A DNA stretch of 64,000 bases from Chloroflexota bacterium (GCA_027356795.1 DAHVXI010000045.1:4303-68302), one strand, 5' to 3'; positions 19,240 through 29,741 are shown, counted from the stretch's first letter. The notes: generated by a model from the letters alone, not told the origin. Program-made: numbers and translations.

Positions 19240-19340
19240 GAGCCGGCTCCTCCCGGCGAGACCTGTTGATGGGCGGCCATTCTGGCGAACACGAGGTTCG
19301 CCCCTGCCGTCCCGTGACGGGCGCGGATTCCCGTCCCTAC
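19236..19340. repeat. GTAG...CTAC REP-like palindromes
   Basis: GTAGGAGCCGGCTCCTCCCGGCG...GACGGG-N-CCCGTCCCTAC; related clusters at about 20547-20655, 22083-22138, 25000-25020, 36892-36964, 39532-39612, 47808-47858 and 49059-49092. Confidence 0.75.
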
Positions 19341-19363
19341 GTTCCCCAGCCGTGGAGGCCATT

Positions 19364-20545
19364 ATGGCTGCCGTTACGACCCTACTCTGCTCCAGCTGCC
19401 GGCGGAGCTTCCCGGCGACGGAGGCTATCTGGAGCTGTCCGACCTGCGGCTCCATGCTGGAGCTCCAGCCGGATCCTCACCTGCTCGGCCCTGAGGGGAG
19501 ATCCGAGCTGCTGAAGGCCGCGAAGGCCGGAGGCGGCGGGCGGGGCGTCTGGCGATATGCCTCCCTGATGCAGGTTGACGGCTCCGATCCGGTGACCCTC
19601 GGGGAGGGCGACACGCCGGTAGTGCCCCTCGGGGCCCTGGGGCGCCGGCTGGGGCTTGCCCGCCTTTACGCCAAGCTGGAGTACTTCGCCCCCACCGGCT
19701 CCTTCAAGGATCGAGGTGCCACCGCCACGGTGACCCAGGCCCGAGCCCTGGGGGTGACCCGCCTGGTGGAGGACTCGTCGGGCAACGCCGGGGCCTCCTT
19801 CGCCGCCTACTGCGCGGCTGCCGGCGTCGGGGCCAGCATCTACGTCCCCGCCTCGGCCCCGACCGCCAAGAAGGCCCAGATCGCGTTCTACGGTGCCGAG
19901 GTGGTGGCCGTGGAGGGGACTCGGGAGGCGGTTGCCGAGGCTGCACTGGAGCGGTGCCGCCGCGAGGAGGGCGCCTACTACGGCTCCCACAACTGGAACC
20001 CCTTCTTCCTGGAGGGGACCAAGACCTTCGCCTACGAGGTCGCCGCCCAGTTCGGTTTCGACCCGCCGGAGCAGCTGATAATGCCGGTGGGCAACGGGTC
20101 GCTCTTCCTGGGGGCCTGGAAGGGGTTCCGGGAGCTGCGGACCATGGGGCTGCTGGAGAGGCTCCCCAGGCTGAACGTCGCCCAGGCGACGGGGTGCATG
20201 CCCATCGTGGACGCCTCCATCCGGGGTCTCGATCGCACGGAGGGCATCCCCACCTACCCGACCGTCGCGGGCGGGATCTCGATCGCCCGGCCGAGCCGGG
20301 GCCACCTGATCCTGAAGGGCATGAGGGAGACCGGAGGGAGCGGCGCTGCGGTGACCGACCAGGAGATCCTGGATTACCAGCGGGCCCTGGCCTCACTGGA
20401 GGGGATCTTTTGCGAGCCAACCTCGGCCGCCGCCTTCGCCGCCCTGGCCCACCTGGTCCGGCAGGGCGCCATCGCGCCGGAGGAGAGGGTGCTGGTGGCC
20501 GTCACCGGCATGGGGCTGAAGGACACCAGCGTGTTGAGCGCTTAG
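19364..20545 (+). CDS. Threonine synthase-like PLP enzyme
   Basis: N-terminal CxxC...CxxC; TLGEGDTP, PTGSFKDRG, DSSGNAG, PVGNG, EPTSA; ATG with GGAGG SD. Confidence 0.88.
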   Translation: MAAVTTLLCSSCRRSFPATEAIWSCPTCGSMLELQPDPHLLGPEGRSELLKAAKAGGGGRGVWRYASLMQVDGSDPVTLGEGDTPVVPLGALGRRLGLARLYAKLEYFAPTGSFKDRGATATVTQARALGVTRLVEDSSGNAGASFAAYCAAAGVGASIYVPASAPTAKKAQIAFYGAEVVAVEGTREAVAEAALERCRREEGAYYGSHNWNPFFLEGTKTFAYEVAAQFGFDPPEQLIMPVGNGSLFLGAWKGFRELRTMGLLERLPRLNVAQATGCMPIVDASIRGLDRTEGIPTYPTVAGGISIARPSRGHLILKGMRETGGSGAAVTDQEILDYQRALASLEGIFCEPTSAAAFAALAHLVRQGAIAPEERVLVAVTGMGLKDTSVLSA

Positions 20546-20651
20546 AGTAGGGCGGGGCGCTCTGCCCCGCCGCGTCGCGCGTTCATAGTGCCGGGTGGCA
20601 GGGCACAGGGCCCTGCCCTACATTGGGAGCGCGGGGCAGAGCCGCTGGCTC

Positions 20652-22007
20652 CTACACTGTTGTTAGATCGGCTGTCTTCTGCCATCGGGCTACCTCACCC
20701 AGCAACGTCTCTCCTGCCCCCCATCGGGCCACCATCTCCACCAGGTAGCCCACCGTCCAAGCCTGAACGCGGCAGGCGTGGGCCGGGCGCCCCCAGACGT
20801 CCAGGAACTCCGTGGAGGGCGCGTCCTCGCCCTCACGGTAGACGTACAACTCTGCCGGGCAGCCCAGCAGGGCCAGGGCCCTCAGCACCGCGGTGTTCAG
20901 GGCGACAGCCTCCCCTTCCATGCCGAGCCTGCGCAGGGCGGAGGCGGCTACCCAGTTGTCCCAGGGCCAGATGGAGCCCCGGTGGTAGCGGAGGGGCGCG
21001 TAGTTGGGCGAGGAGGAGCTGAGGGTCCGCAGGCCGAAGGGGGTCCGCAGGTCGGGCCCCAGCAGCCGCCGGGCAGCCCGACGGAAGCGGCGGGGGCGTA
21101 CCGGACCCAGCCACAGCCAGTGGAAGGCGTTGGAGGTGACGTCGGCCAGCGGGCGCTTCCGGGCATCCAGGGCCTGGGCGTAGCAGCCGGCCTTCGGCAG
21201 CCAGAAGCGCCGCTCGAAGCGGTCTGCCAGCCGCCGGGCCCAGGAGGATAGCTCGTCGGCGCCGGCCGGGTCCTCTTCTCGTCTCAGTGAGGCCTCTCCC
21301 ATCACCGCCCGATAGCAGTAGGCCTGCACCTCGGAGTAGGCCACCGGGTAGAGGGGCATGGAGCCGCCGACGGCCAGGAGGGAATCGCGGCTGTCCTTCC
21401 AGTTCTGGTTGATCAGCGATCTACGCTCCTGGTTTCGCTGTAGGAACTCCACCAGCCCGTCGCCGTCCAGGTCCCCTCGTTCCAGGATCCAGGCCAGAGT
21501 CCGGTCCCGGGCCCCCCTCAGCTCCTCCAGAAGGCCCCCCTCTCCACCTCTGCCGGCGGCGTACTCGTGCAGTGCCATCAGGAAGAGGGGCGTGGAGTCC
21601 ACGCTGGCGTAGTAGGCGCCGGGGAAGTCGCCCGACGCCCCGGGGTTGTACTCGTGGACGATCTTGCCCGGCTCCTCCTCCGTCCAGGGGTCATCCATCA
21701 CCCCCTGGAGGGCCGCCAGTGCCCGGAGGCTCCCCGCGATCGGAGGCAACAGGATATGCGCCAGGGAGGGATCCAGCCGGACGGCCGACAACAGCTGGAG
21801 GGAGGTGATCAGGGAGTCGCGACCGAAGAGCCGGCCGAAGGAGTCGGAGCGGGAGCTGGCCAGCAGGAAGTCACCGGACGCTACCTCGGCGAGGCCCTCG
21901 GCGGCCATACGAACGGCGACCTCCAACTCGTGGGCAGTTGGCCGACGGGGGGTGCCCTTCGAAGATGTAGTGGCCGGCGTCTCTGCCGGCCCTTCGGTGC
22001 ACTGCAT
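20652..22007 (-). CDS. Amylo-alpha-1,6-glucosidase/GDE-like (alpha/alpha)6 glycoside hydrolase
   Basis: FGRDSLI, EEEPGKIVHE, YYASVDSTPLF, NQNWKDS.D, YHRGSIWPWDN, QAW; start uncertain. Confidence 0.85.
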   Translation of the reverse strand: MQCTEGPAETPATTSSKGTPRRPTAHELEVAVRMAAEGLAEVASGDFLLASSRSDSFGRLFGRDSLITSLQLLSAVRLDPSLAHILLPPIAGSLRALAALQGVMDDPWTEEEPGKIVHEYNPGASGDFPGAYYASVDSTPLFLMALHEYAAGRGGEGGLLEELRGARDRTLAWILERGDLDGDGLVEFLQRNQERRSLINQNWKDSRDSLLAVGGSMPLYPVAYSEVQAYCYRAVMGEASLRREEDPAGADELSSWARRLADRFERRFWLPKAGCYAQALDARKRPLADVTSNAFHWLWLGPVRPRRFRRAARRLLGPDLRTPFGLRTLSSSSPNYAPLRYHRGSIWPWDNWVAASALRRLGMEGEAVALNTAVLRALALLGCPAELYVYREGEDAPSTEFLDVWGRPAHACRVQAWTVGYLVEMVARWGAGETLLGEVARWQKTADLTTV

Positions 22008-22153
22008 GCAATCAACCCTCACCCCGACCCTCTCCCTCTGGGAGAGGGAATCGCCTCCTCACCCCGTGGCGCGAGTAATTCCGTAGCCGCCCTGCGCCAG
22101 GCGTGCGGCCAGCGGCGGGGGATAAACCCCCGCCCTACGGAAGAACGACGCAG

Positions 22154-24763
22154 TTAGCGATGTCTCAGACGGAAGCTGGCGATGCGACCGCCCTCCAGCA
22201 GCCCGGGAGTGGGATCCGCCTCCGGCTCCTCGTCCAGCCGGCAGGGCTCCACGGAGTAATCCCCCAGGATCGCCACGGACCCGACCCGACCGCCGGGGTT
22301 GTAGACCCGGAGGATGGAGTCTTCGCCCTCCTCGGCGCCCTTCAGCGCCGCCAGGCAGAAGCTCTCCCCCTCCAGCTGCAGGGGCATCCTGGCCGGCAGC
22401 CCGGCCGGCCCGGCCACCAGGCCAAACCGGTAGTCGTGGGACCTACGCACCAACTCGACCTCTTCGAGCCCCTCGACCAGCGCCAGGGCGTACTCGAAGC
22501 GGTGGACGCCGGGGCATTGAGCCTCGGGGGTGGCGAGATGGGGCCCGGCGCCGCCGGGGCGGGTGGAGAGGTCGTCTCGGGACAGCCACCCTACGCAGCG
22601 GAGCAGGGTCAGGGCGATCTCCGTCCCCTGGGCGGTGGGGCGTGCCTCGTACTCCGGCAGCCCTCGTCCGAAGAGGGCCACGCCTCCCAACTCCACGGCC
22701 CCCAGGGTGTGGTGGGTGGCCGCCGGGGGTTCTTTCCAGTCGGGCCCGTGGACGGGAGCTCCCACCGGCCGGTGCAGCAGGGCGTAATGGCCTTCGGCCC
22801 GCACCTCCGTCGCCGGCGCCGCCGGGAACACCACCCGCAGCCGGTGGTCCTCGGCCCGGTTCTCCACGGTGGTGACGAACTCCACCCGCTCCACGCCGGC
22901 CACCAGCCGGATCTCGACCCGGATCGGGCAGGCCGCGGTGGAGCGCCGCCGCGCTCGGCGGTCGGCCCTCAGTCCGTGCGGGAGGCGCGCCTCCATCTCC
23001 AGCAGCAGGGATGCCGCGGCCGGGCCGCGCAGGCCGGGCCGCACCCGCACCCTGTGCTGCCGGCTATCCCAGGGGCCGTCGCCCTCCACGGGACAGAAGT
23101 TGTACTCGTCGCCCCGATCCGCCACGTCCTCGAACCAGTGGCCGCCGGTGAGCTTCCTTCCGCTGGCCTTGTGGATCACTTCCAGGGTGCCATCGGCCTG
23201 AACGGCAACCCGGTAGTGCTCGTTCTCTATGGCCCTGTATCCCGCCTGGTGCGCCCCCTCCCTCTGGGAGCGCCCGGAGCGAAGCCGGATGGCGGTTGCC
23301 CCGAAGCCCTCTGCCTGGGCTGCCACCAGGGCCACCGGCCCGTTGGGCTCGCGCACCACCTGGGCCGGCAGCTCGCCCGCGGGTCCCTCGGCCCGCACCG
23401 TCCTGGCGTGGGCCAGCTCGTTGGGGAGCGGCAGCTCCACCAGCCCGGCCCGCCGCCAGGGCATGAGGTTCACCGCGGTGCGGTTCACGTTGGGGCGCTC
23501 ACGGTAGGACCAGATGGCCTCGCCGCCGGCCAGCTTCCAGAGGGCTTCCCGCCGCAGCCGCAGAGCCAGCTGCTCCGCGGCGTCGAATCGCCACGCCATA
23601 TCCCGGTGGACCTCGTCGACGGAGCAGCCACAGATGGAGTCGTGGGGATGGTTGAGCAGCAGATGCTGCCAGGCCATCCGCAGGTCCTCCGTCGGATAGG
23701 GTGCATCCGCCACCAGGTGAGCCAGGGAGGCGGCTATCTCGGCTTCGGCCAGAGCCCGCTCCACCGCCTCGTTCCGCTGCTTCAGCGGCATTCGGGCGGA
23801 GTTCACCCCGCGCAGAACCGGCGCATCCTTCCCCTCGCACATCTCCCCCTCGTAGATCTCCAGGTAGGGGAGCCGATCGCGGATCTCGGCGACGTAGTCG
23901 TCCAGACCGGCGATGCGGAACTCGGCCTCGGGCCAGGCGAGGCCGGCGGCCGCGAGGAGCGAGGGCAGGTCGGTCTGTACCAACTGGTGGTCGGTGCCGT
24001 TGCCCGCCAGCAGATCGATCACCCCCGAGCGCTCCAGGTAGGGGGCCGCGATGTCGCGCAGCTCCTTCAGCCGGCGGAGTGCCATCTCCGGGTACTGGGC
24101 GGGATCGGTGGCTCGAACCCCGTTCCGGGTCCAGCGACCCAGGTTGTCGACGGCGCCGTAGCCATCGATTTGCCGGATCGCCAGCAGCTCGCTGCCGTCG
24201 GGGCCCCGCCATCGGAAGGCCACCCCCAGCCGATCGGAGTCGTCGCCCAACCCCCGCCAGAAGACGAAGCTGTCCATGCCGAATCCACGCACTATCTGGG
24301 GCATCTGGGCCACGTGGCCGAAGGTATCGGGGTAGTAGGCCACCGGGGTCTCCCTCCCGAACTGGCGGCACAGCTGCCGGCCCAGGAGGAGGTTGCGGAC
24401 CAGCGACTCCTGGCCCACCAGGTACTCGTCGGGGAGGATGTAGGAGGGGCCGATGCGAATGCGTCCCTGCTGTATCAGGCGGGCGATCCTGTCTCTGGAT
24501 TCGGGGCGGGCGGCCAGGTAGTCCTCCAACACCACCGCCTGTCCGTCCAGAGTGAAGGAAGAGAAAGAGGGATCGGCCTCCAGGGTGTCCATCAGCTCGT
24601 CGACCATGCGCACCAGCTTCAGCCGGATGACCTGGAAGGGGATGAACCACTCCCGGTCCCAGTGGGTGTGCGGGACTACCCAGAAGCGGGTTTCCGGTGC
24701 GGGCTGAGCGAGGCGAAGCTCTGCCTCCCCCTCGCCACGAACAGCTGTCGTCGGCCTATCCAT
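22154..24763 (-). CDS. GH38 alpha-mannosidase (MngB-like)
   Basis: VPHTHWDREW, LDGQ, PDEYL..ESLVRNL, PDTFGH, NGTDH, HDSICGCSVDEV; ATG 24763 with GAGGGA SD. Confidence 0.92.
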   Translation of the reverse strand: MDRPTTAVRGEGEAELRLAQPAPETRFWVVPHTHWDREWFIPFQVIRLKLVRMVDELMDTLEADPSFSSFTLDGQAVVLEDYLAARPESRDRIARLIQQGRIRIGPSYILPDEYLVGQESLVRNLLLGRQLCRQFGRETPVAYYPDTFGHVAQMPQIVRGFGMDSFVFWRGLGDDSDRLGVAFRWRGPDGSELLAIRQIDGYGAVDNLGRWTRNGVRATDPAQYPEMALRRLKELRDIAAPYLERSGVIDLLAGNGTDHQLVQTDLPSLLAAAGLAWPEAEFRIAGLDDYVAEIRDRLPYLEIYEGEMCEGKDAPVLRGVNSARMPLKQRNEAVERALAEAEIAASLAHLVADAPYPTEDLRMAWQHLLLNHPHDSICGCSVDEVHRDMAWRFDAAEQLALRLRREALWKLAGGEAIWSYRERPNVNRTAVNLMPWRRAGLVELPLPNELAHARTVRAEGPAGELPAQVVREPNGPVALVAAQAEGFGATAIRLRSGRSQREGAHQAGYRAIENEHYRVAVQADGTLEVIHKASGRKLTGGHWFEDVADRGDEYNFCPVEGDGPWDSRQHRVRVRPGLRGPAAASLLLEMEARLPHGLRADRRARRRSTAACPIRVEIRLVAGVERVEFVTTVENRAEDHRLRVVFPAAPATEVRAEGHYALLHRPVGAPVHGPDWKEPPAATHHTLGAVELGGVALFGRGLPEYEARPTAQGTEIALTLLRCVGWLSRDDLSTRPGGAGPHLATPEAQCPGVHRFEYALALVEGLEEVELVRRSHDYRFGLVAGPAGLPARMPLQLEGESFCLAALKGAEEGEDSILRVYNPGGRVGSVAILGDYSVEPCRLDEEPEADPTPGLLEGGRIASFRLRHR

Positions 24764-24896
24764 GTAATGTTCCCTCGATTCAGAGCACGAAACCACGCGT
24801 GCTACCGCCACATCACGCAAGGTTTGCGGATGGCGAAGCGGCAGCCCGAGTGGCGTGGGAGAAGCAGCGCATGAGCGGCTAGCCAGCGCTAACGCC

Positions 24897-24925
24897 AGCA
24901 TACCAGCTGTACATAAGGGGGTCAA
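24897..24925 (-). promoter_or_regulatory. Sigma70-like promoter for the GH38 gene
   Basis: TTGACC-N17-TATGCT on minus strand, followed by GTTAGCGCTGGC (LacI-like core). Confidence 0.55.
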
Positions 24926-25016
24926 GGTCTATAGAAGAAGCGGGAATCAGGACCCCCTCCCCGTTTTCGGAGAGGGGGTAAGGGGGAGAGGTCTGCTGGG
25001 CGCGTACGATACGCCC

Positions 25017-25823
25017 CTACTTGAAGCCAAAGAGCCTGGCCAAAGCGCCCGGCTTGGCCTCCTCGGCCTCCTTGGTCTCCCAAGGCTCCTTGGGGGGAGG
25101 TGGCGTGAATTCCGCTTCTACCACGTCGACCAACCCGCCCTTGATCAGACGGTAGGCTACCTGGCGCACCGCGAATTCATCCAGCCCCAGTCGGTGGGCG
25201 ACCTCCTTGAGGGGGATGCTGCCGGCGAGGCTGGCGACCATCCGCCACTCCTCCAGGCTGAGGCAGATCTCCTTCAGCTGCTGCCTCGGCTCGGGCAGTA
25301 GCCGGAGAGGCTGTTCCAGGCTGGGTATGTAGGAGGTGAGGAGCTGCCATTCCTCCAGGTAGCCGCGTCCCTTTTCCAGGACGGGACCCAGCTCGGTGGT
25401 GGCCAGGATGTCTTCCTCGGCCGGTGAGGCATCCACGTCGAACCGGAAGCTCCCCTCGGGCCAGGTCAGCAGGGAGTAGAGGTCGGCCAGCGCTTTCTCA
25501 CGAACGAACTCCACTATCTGCTCTCGGGAAAGCCGCCCCTGATCCTCCAGGAGGAGGCCCACCGCCTGCTCCGATGGCGGCGTCTCGGAGCTGATCAGCT
25601 CGTACTGCTCTTTGTCGATCCGTCCCGCTCGATACAGAAGGGTTGCCAGGCCCTCGGAGCGAGACTCGGGCGGTCTGACCTTGGTCATCTGCCCGTTGTC
25701 GAAGTAGATGGTCGCGCTTTCGCCGGCCCGTTGCAGGGTCAGCGCGCCGGTCTTGTGGGTCACCTGGACCAGGGTAAGAAGCTGGAGAAGGCCGAAATCC
25801 TTGAGGTCTCCGCTCAGTGCCAC
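25017..25823 (-). CDS. DUF4388 (PatA_N-like) domain protein
   Basis: ALSGDLKDFGLLQLLTLV...KTGALTL...IYFDNG...W.EGSFRF; GTG start. Confidence 0.85.
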   Translation of the reverse strand: MALSGDLKDFGLLQLLTLVQVTHKTGALTLQRAGESATIYFDNGQMTKVRPPESRSEGLATLLYRAGRIDKEQYELISSETPPSEQAVGLLLEDQGRLSREQIVEFVREKALADLYSLLTWPEGSFRFDVDASPAEEDILATTELGPVLEKGRGYLEEWQLLTSYIPSLEQPLRLLPEPRQQLKEICLSLEEWRMVASLAGSIPLKEVAHRLGLDEFAVRQVAYRLIKGGLVDVVEAEFTPPPPKEPWETKEAEEAKPGALARLFGFK

Positions 25824-25877
25824 TGCTCCCCATAACCTCCGAGCCTGTAGGGTGGGCCGAGCCGAGGGCATTATACT

Positions 25878-28800
25878 ATGGAACTTCCCCTGGTCAAGCG
25901 ACAGACCTATTCAAAGGCCAGATTGTGCCGTACTATTTGGAATAGCAGCGATGTACAGGGCTGCATCTCCTGCCTCGCGAATCTCTGCCGCTCGGCTCCT
26001 ATGGAGGATGCTCTGGTGGGTCTACGACGAATCCGGGCACAGGCGTCTCCTGGCAACGGCAAGGTCAGGCGGCCGCCGAAGAGAAGTGCCAGAGAGACGC
26101 TGATGGTGTCGGTAGCCTGGGTGGCTGCTACCCTCAACTCGGAGCACGATCCGGAGAAGGCGCTGGAGCTGATCTGTCGTGAAGCCCTTACCCTCTTCGC
26201 TGCCCACACGACGATCCTCTGGGAACCCCAGGATGACCAGCTGGTGGCGACGAACGCCCAGGGGGTTCTTAGCCAGCAGATCCAAGGTTACCGCATCCCC
26301 ATCGACGATCCCGATACCTTTGCCTGCCGCTGTTTCCGGGAGCAGGCGCCGATCCTCGAAAACGAGCTGTTGGGGGGGAGAGAGGGGAACCGGGTGATGG
26401 CGCAGATGGCGCCCGCGGTGGCGGTACTGTGCGTCCCACTGATCCATCGGGATGAGGTTCTGGGGGTGCTGGGGCTGCGGGATTGCGAGGATCCCTACCG
26501 CTACACCGAGGCCGACCTGGAGGCAGCCTCACTCTTCGCGGATCTGGCAGCGGTGGCCGTCGCCAACGCCCGACTCCAGGAGGAGGCCGAGAAGCGGGCG
26601 CGAGAGGCAGCCGTGCTCAACAGGATCGGCCAGATCGTTGCTTCCGGCCGGGACCTGGCGGAGACCTCGGAGGCTTTTGCCCGAGAGCTGCGCAACCTGC
26701 TGTTCTTCCACCGGGTGGCCATCGCGGTGCTGGAGGGCGACGAGCAGTACAGGGTGTTCCTGGCCACCGGGATGGATGCTAGCGAGTTCCGCCCGGGCGC
26801 GGTCGGGGCGCTGGCCGGCTCCGGCGTGGAATGGGTGGTCAGATGCAGGCAGCCCCACGTGATCTACGATCTGGAGCTGGAGCAGGCCTTCCCCTCGGAT
26901 CGCGCCTATGCCGCCGCCCGCATGCGCTCCGTAGTCCGGGTGCCGCTGATCGAGAGGGGAGAGGCTCTCGGCGCCCTCACCCTGGTCTCGGCATCGCCGG
27001 GCGCCTATGGGACGCGAGAGGTCGGGCTGCTGGAACAGGTGGCGGGACAGATCGCCGGGGTGTTCGCCAATGCTCAGATGGTCGAGGTCGAACGGGGCCT
27101 GGTGGCCCGGCTTTCCTCCCTTCATCGGGTGACCGACGCGGCGCTATCTACCCTCGACCTGGACAGCCTGCTGGATTCCCTCCTGGAGCGATGCATCGAG
27201 ATCGTGGGGGCAGACAGCGGGATCATCCTGCTGCTGGACGAGACCGGCGAGGAGCTCACCGTTCGGGGCGCTCGATGGATGCCGGAGGAGGGGCCCTGGG
27301 AGATCCGGCGCAGGCTGGGGCAGGGGATTTCGGGCAAGGTGGCCCTGCAGGGGGTGCCCCGTCTCATCCTCGAGGTGGACGAGGAGGATCCCGCGGACGT
27401 GGTCGTCACCCAGCGGAGGGGCATCCACTCGGTGCTGGCGGTGCCGCTGAAAGCCCGAGGGAAGACCATCGGCGTCTTCCGTCTGGAGAGCCGCCGGCCC
27501 GCTCACTTTCACCAGGATCAGATGCGGTTGATGGAGGTGGCGGCCGAGAGAATGGCCCTGGCCATCGACAACGCTCGTCTCCTCCAGGAGGCTCGCGAGC
27601 GGGCCACCCACGAGACCCTGATCCACCACATCGCCTCGGCCATAGGCTCTTCTCTCGACCTCAATCAAGTCATGGACAGGGCCGTGCAGGAGCTGTTGCA
27701 CGCGACTGAGGCTTCGCGGTGCCTGGTGGTCCTGAGCGACGTTAAGAACGAGATTGTCCAGTGGCAATGGGAGGCCTGTGCTCCCGAAGTTGCCCCCTCG
27801 GCGTCGGTGCAGATCCCCTGGGGGAATATGCCTGTGCGGGCGATGCTGATGCGGTCGGGGCCCGCGGCTATCAACGATATGGAGAGCTTCCCGCTCGTTG
27901 AGGACATGCGGAAGGTAATGGATGAGCTGGGTGTGAGATCCCTGCTGGTCGCTCCCCTGCTGCGAGGAGACGAGCCGGTCGGGATGGTGATGCTCCAGCA
28001 AACCGACCGGCCCCGCCAGTGGACCCGGTGGGAATCGGAGCTGGTCCGATCGGTTGCAGCGCAGCTGGTGGTGGCGGTGCAGAACGCCCGTCTCTACGGC
28101 GAGACCGACGAGAGGATGAGGGCCCGTGTGCGGGAGCTGGGGAGCCTCCTCCGGCTCGGTAAGGCGGTGAGCGAGCAGCTCAGCCTGGACGTGGTGATGG
28201 AGCGGGCCGTGGAGGAGGGTGTCAGGGCGCTCAACGCCGACCGCTGCACCCTGACCACCATGGACTGGGGACGGCGGGTCCTGACGGTGAGGGCCGTCTC
28301 CCACCGAACCGGTGACGTTGGAAACGGGGTTGGGATAGAGCTGCGTCTGTCCGATTTTCCCCACTCGGCGAGGGCCATGGCCAACCGTGAGACTACCGTT
28401 CTCACCGTGGGCCACGACACGGTGTCGCGAGCAGAAGAGGCGCTGCTTCGGAGCCTGGACATGGTGACGGCCATCGTGGTGCCCCTGGTTGTCGGTGATC
28501 GGGCCATCGGCACGGCCTTCTCCGGGCGAAAAGGGGACAAGCCCGCCTTCTCCGAGGACGAGGTGGCGCTGGCTCGGGCCATGGCAGGACAGGTTGCGGT
28601 GGCCATGGAGAACGCCCGATTATTCCAGGAGGTGCAGGCCCAGAAGGCCCGAACGGATGCGCTGCTGGCCTCCATGAGTGAAGGAGTCTGCGCCACCGAC
28701 GGGGACAAGCTCATCACTGCCGTTAACCCCTGGTTGGAGGCGATGGTGGGGCGCCGGGCCGAGGATATGGTGGGTAAGCGGTGCCGGGACCTGCTGCGGC

Positions 28801-29741
28801 ATACCGACGAGGAGGGCAACTCCCTGTGCCAGACCGCCTGTCCACTCCGGGAGGCGTTGGGCCAAGGAAAACCGACGGACCCGACCCTGATGTTCGCCCA
28901 GACAGCCTGGGGCGATTGGATTCCCACCATGGTGAGTGTGGCCCCCATCCGCAACGAGTTGATGGAGATCATCGGCGCCGTCTCGGTCTCCCGCGACGTC
29001 AGCCGAGAATGGCAGATGGACAAGCTGAAGTCCAACATCATCTCCGTGGTGTCTCACGAGTTCCGCACCCCCCTCACCAGCATCATTGGCTTCTCCGAGC
29101 TGTTGGTTACTCGCGACCAATCGGAGGAGGAGCGAAAGAGCTGCGCCGAATACATCTACAACGAGGGGTTGAAGCTGGAGGCGTTGGTCAACGACTTCCT
29201 GGACGTCTCCCGTCTCGATGCCGGCCGGGTGATGCTAAACCCCGAGCCCCTGGAGGTGGCCGTCGTGGTGGAGAACAGCCTTGGCGCTGCACGTCCCCGG
29301 ACGGCCGAGCATCAACTGCTGGCGGAGGTGCAGGAAGGGCTTCCACTGGTGGAGGCGGATCCCGAGCGGCTGGCGCAGGTGATGGAGAATCTCCTCTCGA
29401 ACGCCACCAAGTACTCGCCTGCTGGGGCGGAGATCGTGGTGCGCGCCAGGGCGGGGCGGGAAGATGGCGACGGCGGCATCCGGATCGACGGGGACCCTCG
29501 GGGACCGTGGGTGGTCTTCTCCGTGGAGGATCACGGCTATGGGATCCCCGAGGATCAGCTTCCGGACATCTTCACCCCCTTCCACCGGGTTCAGGGGGAG
29601 TTGACCCGGCGCATTCGGGGCACCGGGCTGGGGCTGTCCATCGTCAAGAGCCTGGTGGAGCTTCACGGTGGAAAGGTGTGGGTGGAGAGCCGGGTCGGGG
29701 TGGGCAGCAAGTTCCACGTCGCCCTGAAAGCTATCAGCTGA
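25878..29741 (+). CDS. Five-GAF + PAS cytoplasmic histidine kinase (orphan)
   Basis: Five GAF repeats ending in A..NARL-like motifs, Cys-rich PAS (SLCQTACPL), VSHEFRTPL, NLLSNATKYS, GTGLGL; the true start may be ATG 26001. Confidence 0.9.
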   Translation: MELPLVKRQTYSKARLCRTIWNSSDVQGCISCLANLCRSAPMEDALVGLRRIRAQASPGNGKVRRPPKRSARETLMVSVAWVAATLNSEHDPEKALELICREALTLFAAHTTILWEPQDDQLVATNAQGVLSQQIQGYRIPIDDPDTFACRCFREQAPILENELLGGREGNRVMAQMAPAVAVLCVPLIHRDEVLGVLGLRDCEDPYRYTEADLEAASLFADLAAVAVANARLQEEAEKRAREAAVLNRIGQIVASGRDLAETSEAFARELRNLLFFHRVAIAVLEGDEQYRVFLATGMDASEFRPGAVGALAGSGVEWVVRCRQPHVIYDLELEQAFPSDRAYAAARMRSVVRVPLIERGEALGALTLVSASPGAYGTREVGLLEQVAGQIAGVFANAQMVEVERGLVARLSSLHRVTDAALSTLDLDSLLDSLLERCIEIVGADSGIILLLDETGEELTVRGARWMPEEGPWEIRRRLGQGISGKVALQGVPRLILEVDEEDPADVVVTQRRGIHSVLAVPLKARGKTIGVFRLESRRPAHFHQDQMRLMEVAAERMALAIDNARLLQEARERATHETLIHHIASAIGSSLDLNQVMDRAVQELLHATEASRCLVVLSDVKNEIVQWQWEACAPEVAPSASVQIPWGNMPVRAMLMRSGPAAINDMESFPLVEDMRKVMDELGVRSLLVAPLLRGDEPVGMVMLQQTDRPRQWTRWESELVRSVAAQLVVAVQNARLYGETDERMRARVRELGSLLRLGKAVSEQLSLDVVMERAVEEGVRALNADRCTLTTMDWGRRVLTVRAVSHRTGDVGNGVGIELRLSDFPHSARAMANRETTVLTVGHDTVSRAEEALLRSLDMVTAIVVPLVVGDRAIGTAFSGRKGDKPAFSEDEVALARAMAGQVAVAMENARLFQEVQAQKARTDALLASMSEGVCATDGDKLITAVNPWLEAMVGRRAEDMVGKRCRDLLRHTDEEGNSLCQTACPLREALGQGKPTDPTLMFAQTAWGDWIPTMVSVAPIRNELMEIIGAVSVSRDVSREWQMDKLKSNIISVVSHEFRTPLTSIIGFSELLVTRDQSEEERKSCAEYIYNEGLKLEALVNDFLDVSRLDAGRVMLNPEPLEVAVVVENSLGAARPRTAEHQLLAEVQEGLPLVEADPERLAQVMENLLSNATKYSPAGAEIVVRARAGREDGDGGIRIDGDPRGPWVVFSVEDHGYGIPEDQLPDIFTPFHRVQGELTRRIRGTGLGLSIVKSLVELHGGKVWVESRVGVGSKFHVALKAIS

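Noticed and set aside
18857..19363. N-terminal extension of the ThrC-like ORF (likewise 30030-31022 for the R3H-AAA gene)
   Set aside because: Runs through repeats or other genes; the downstream starts fit the family N-termini.
22103..24874. Long antisense or alternate-frame ORFs (e.g. 22103-24874 +, 7186-9132 +, 34488-36083 -, 36080-37771 -, 50193-51938 +)
   Set aside because: They mirror well-supported genes on the opposite strand and have no motifs; expected shadows in high-GC3 DNA.
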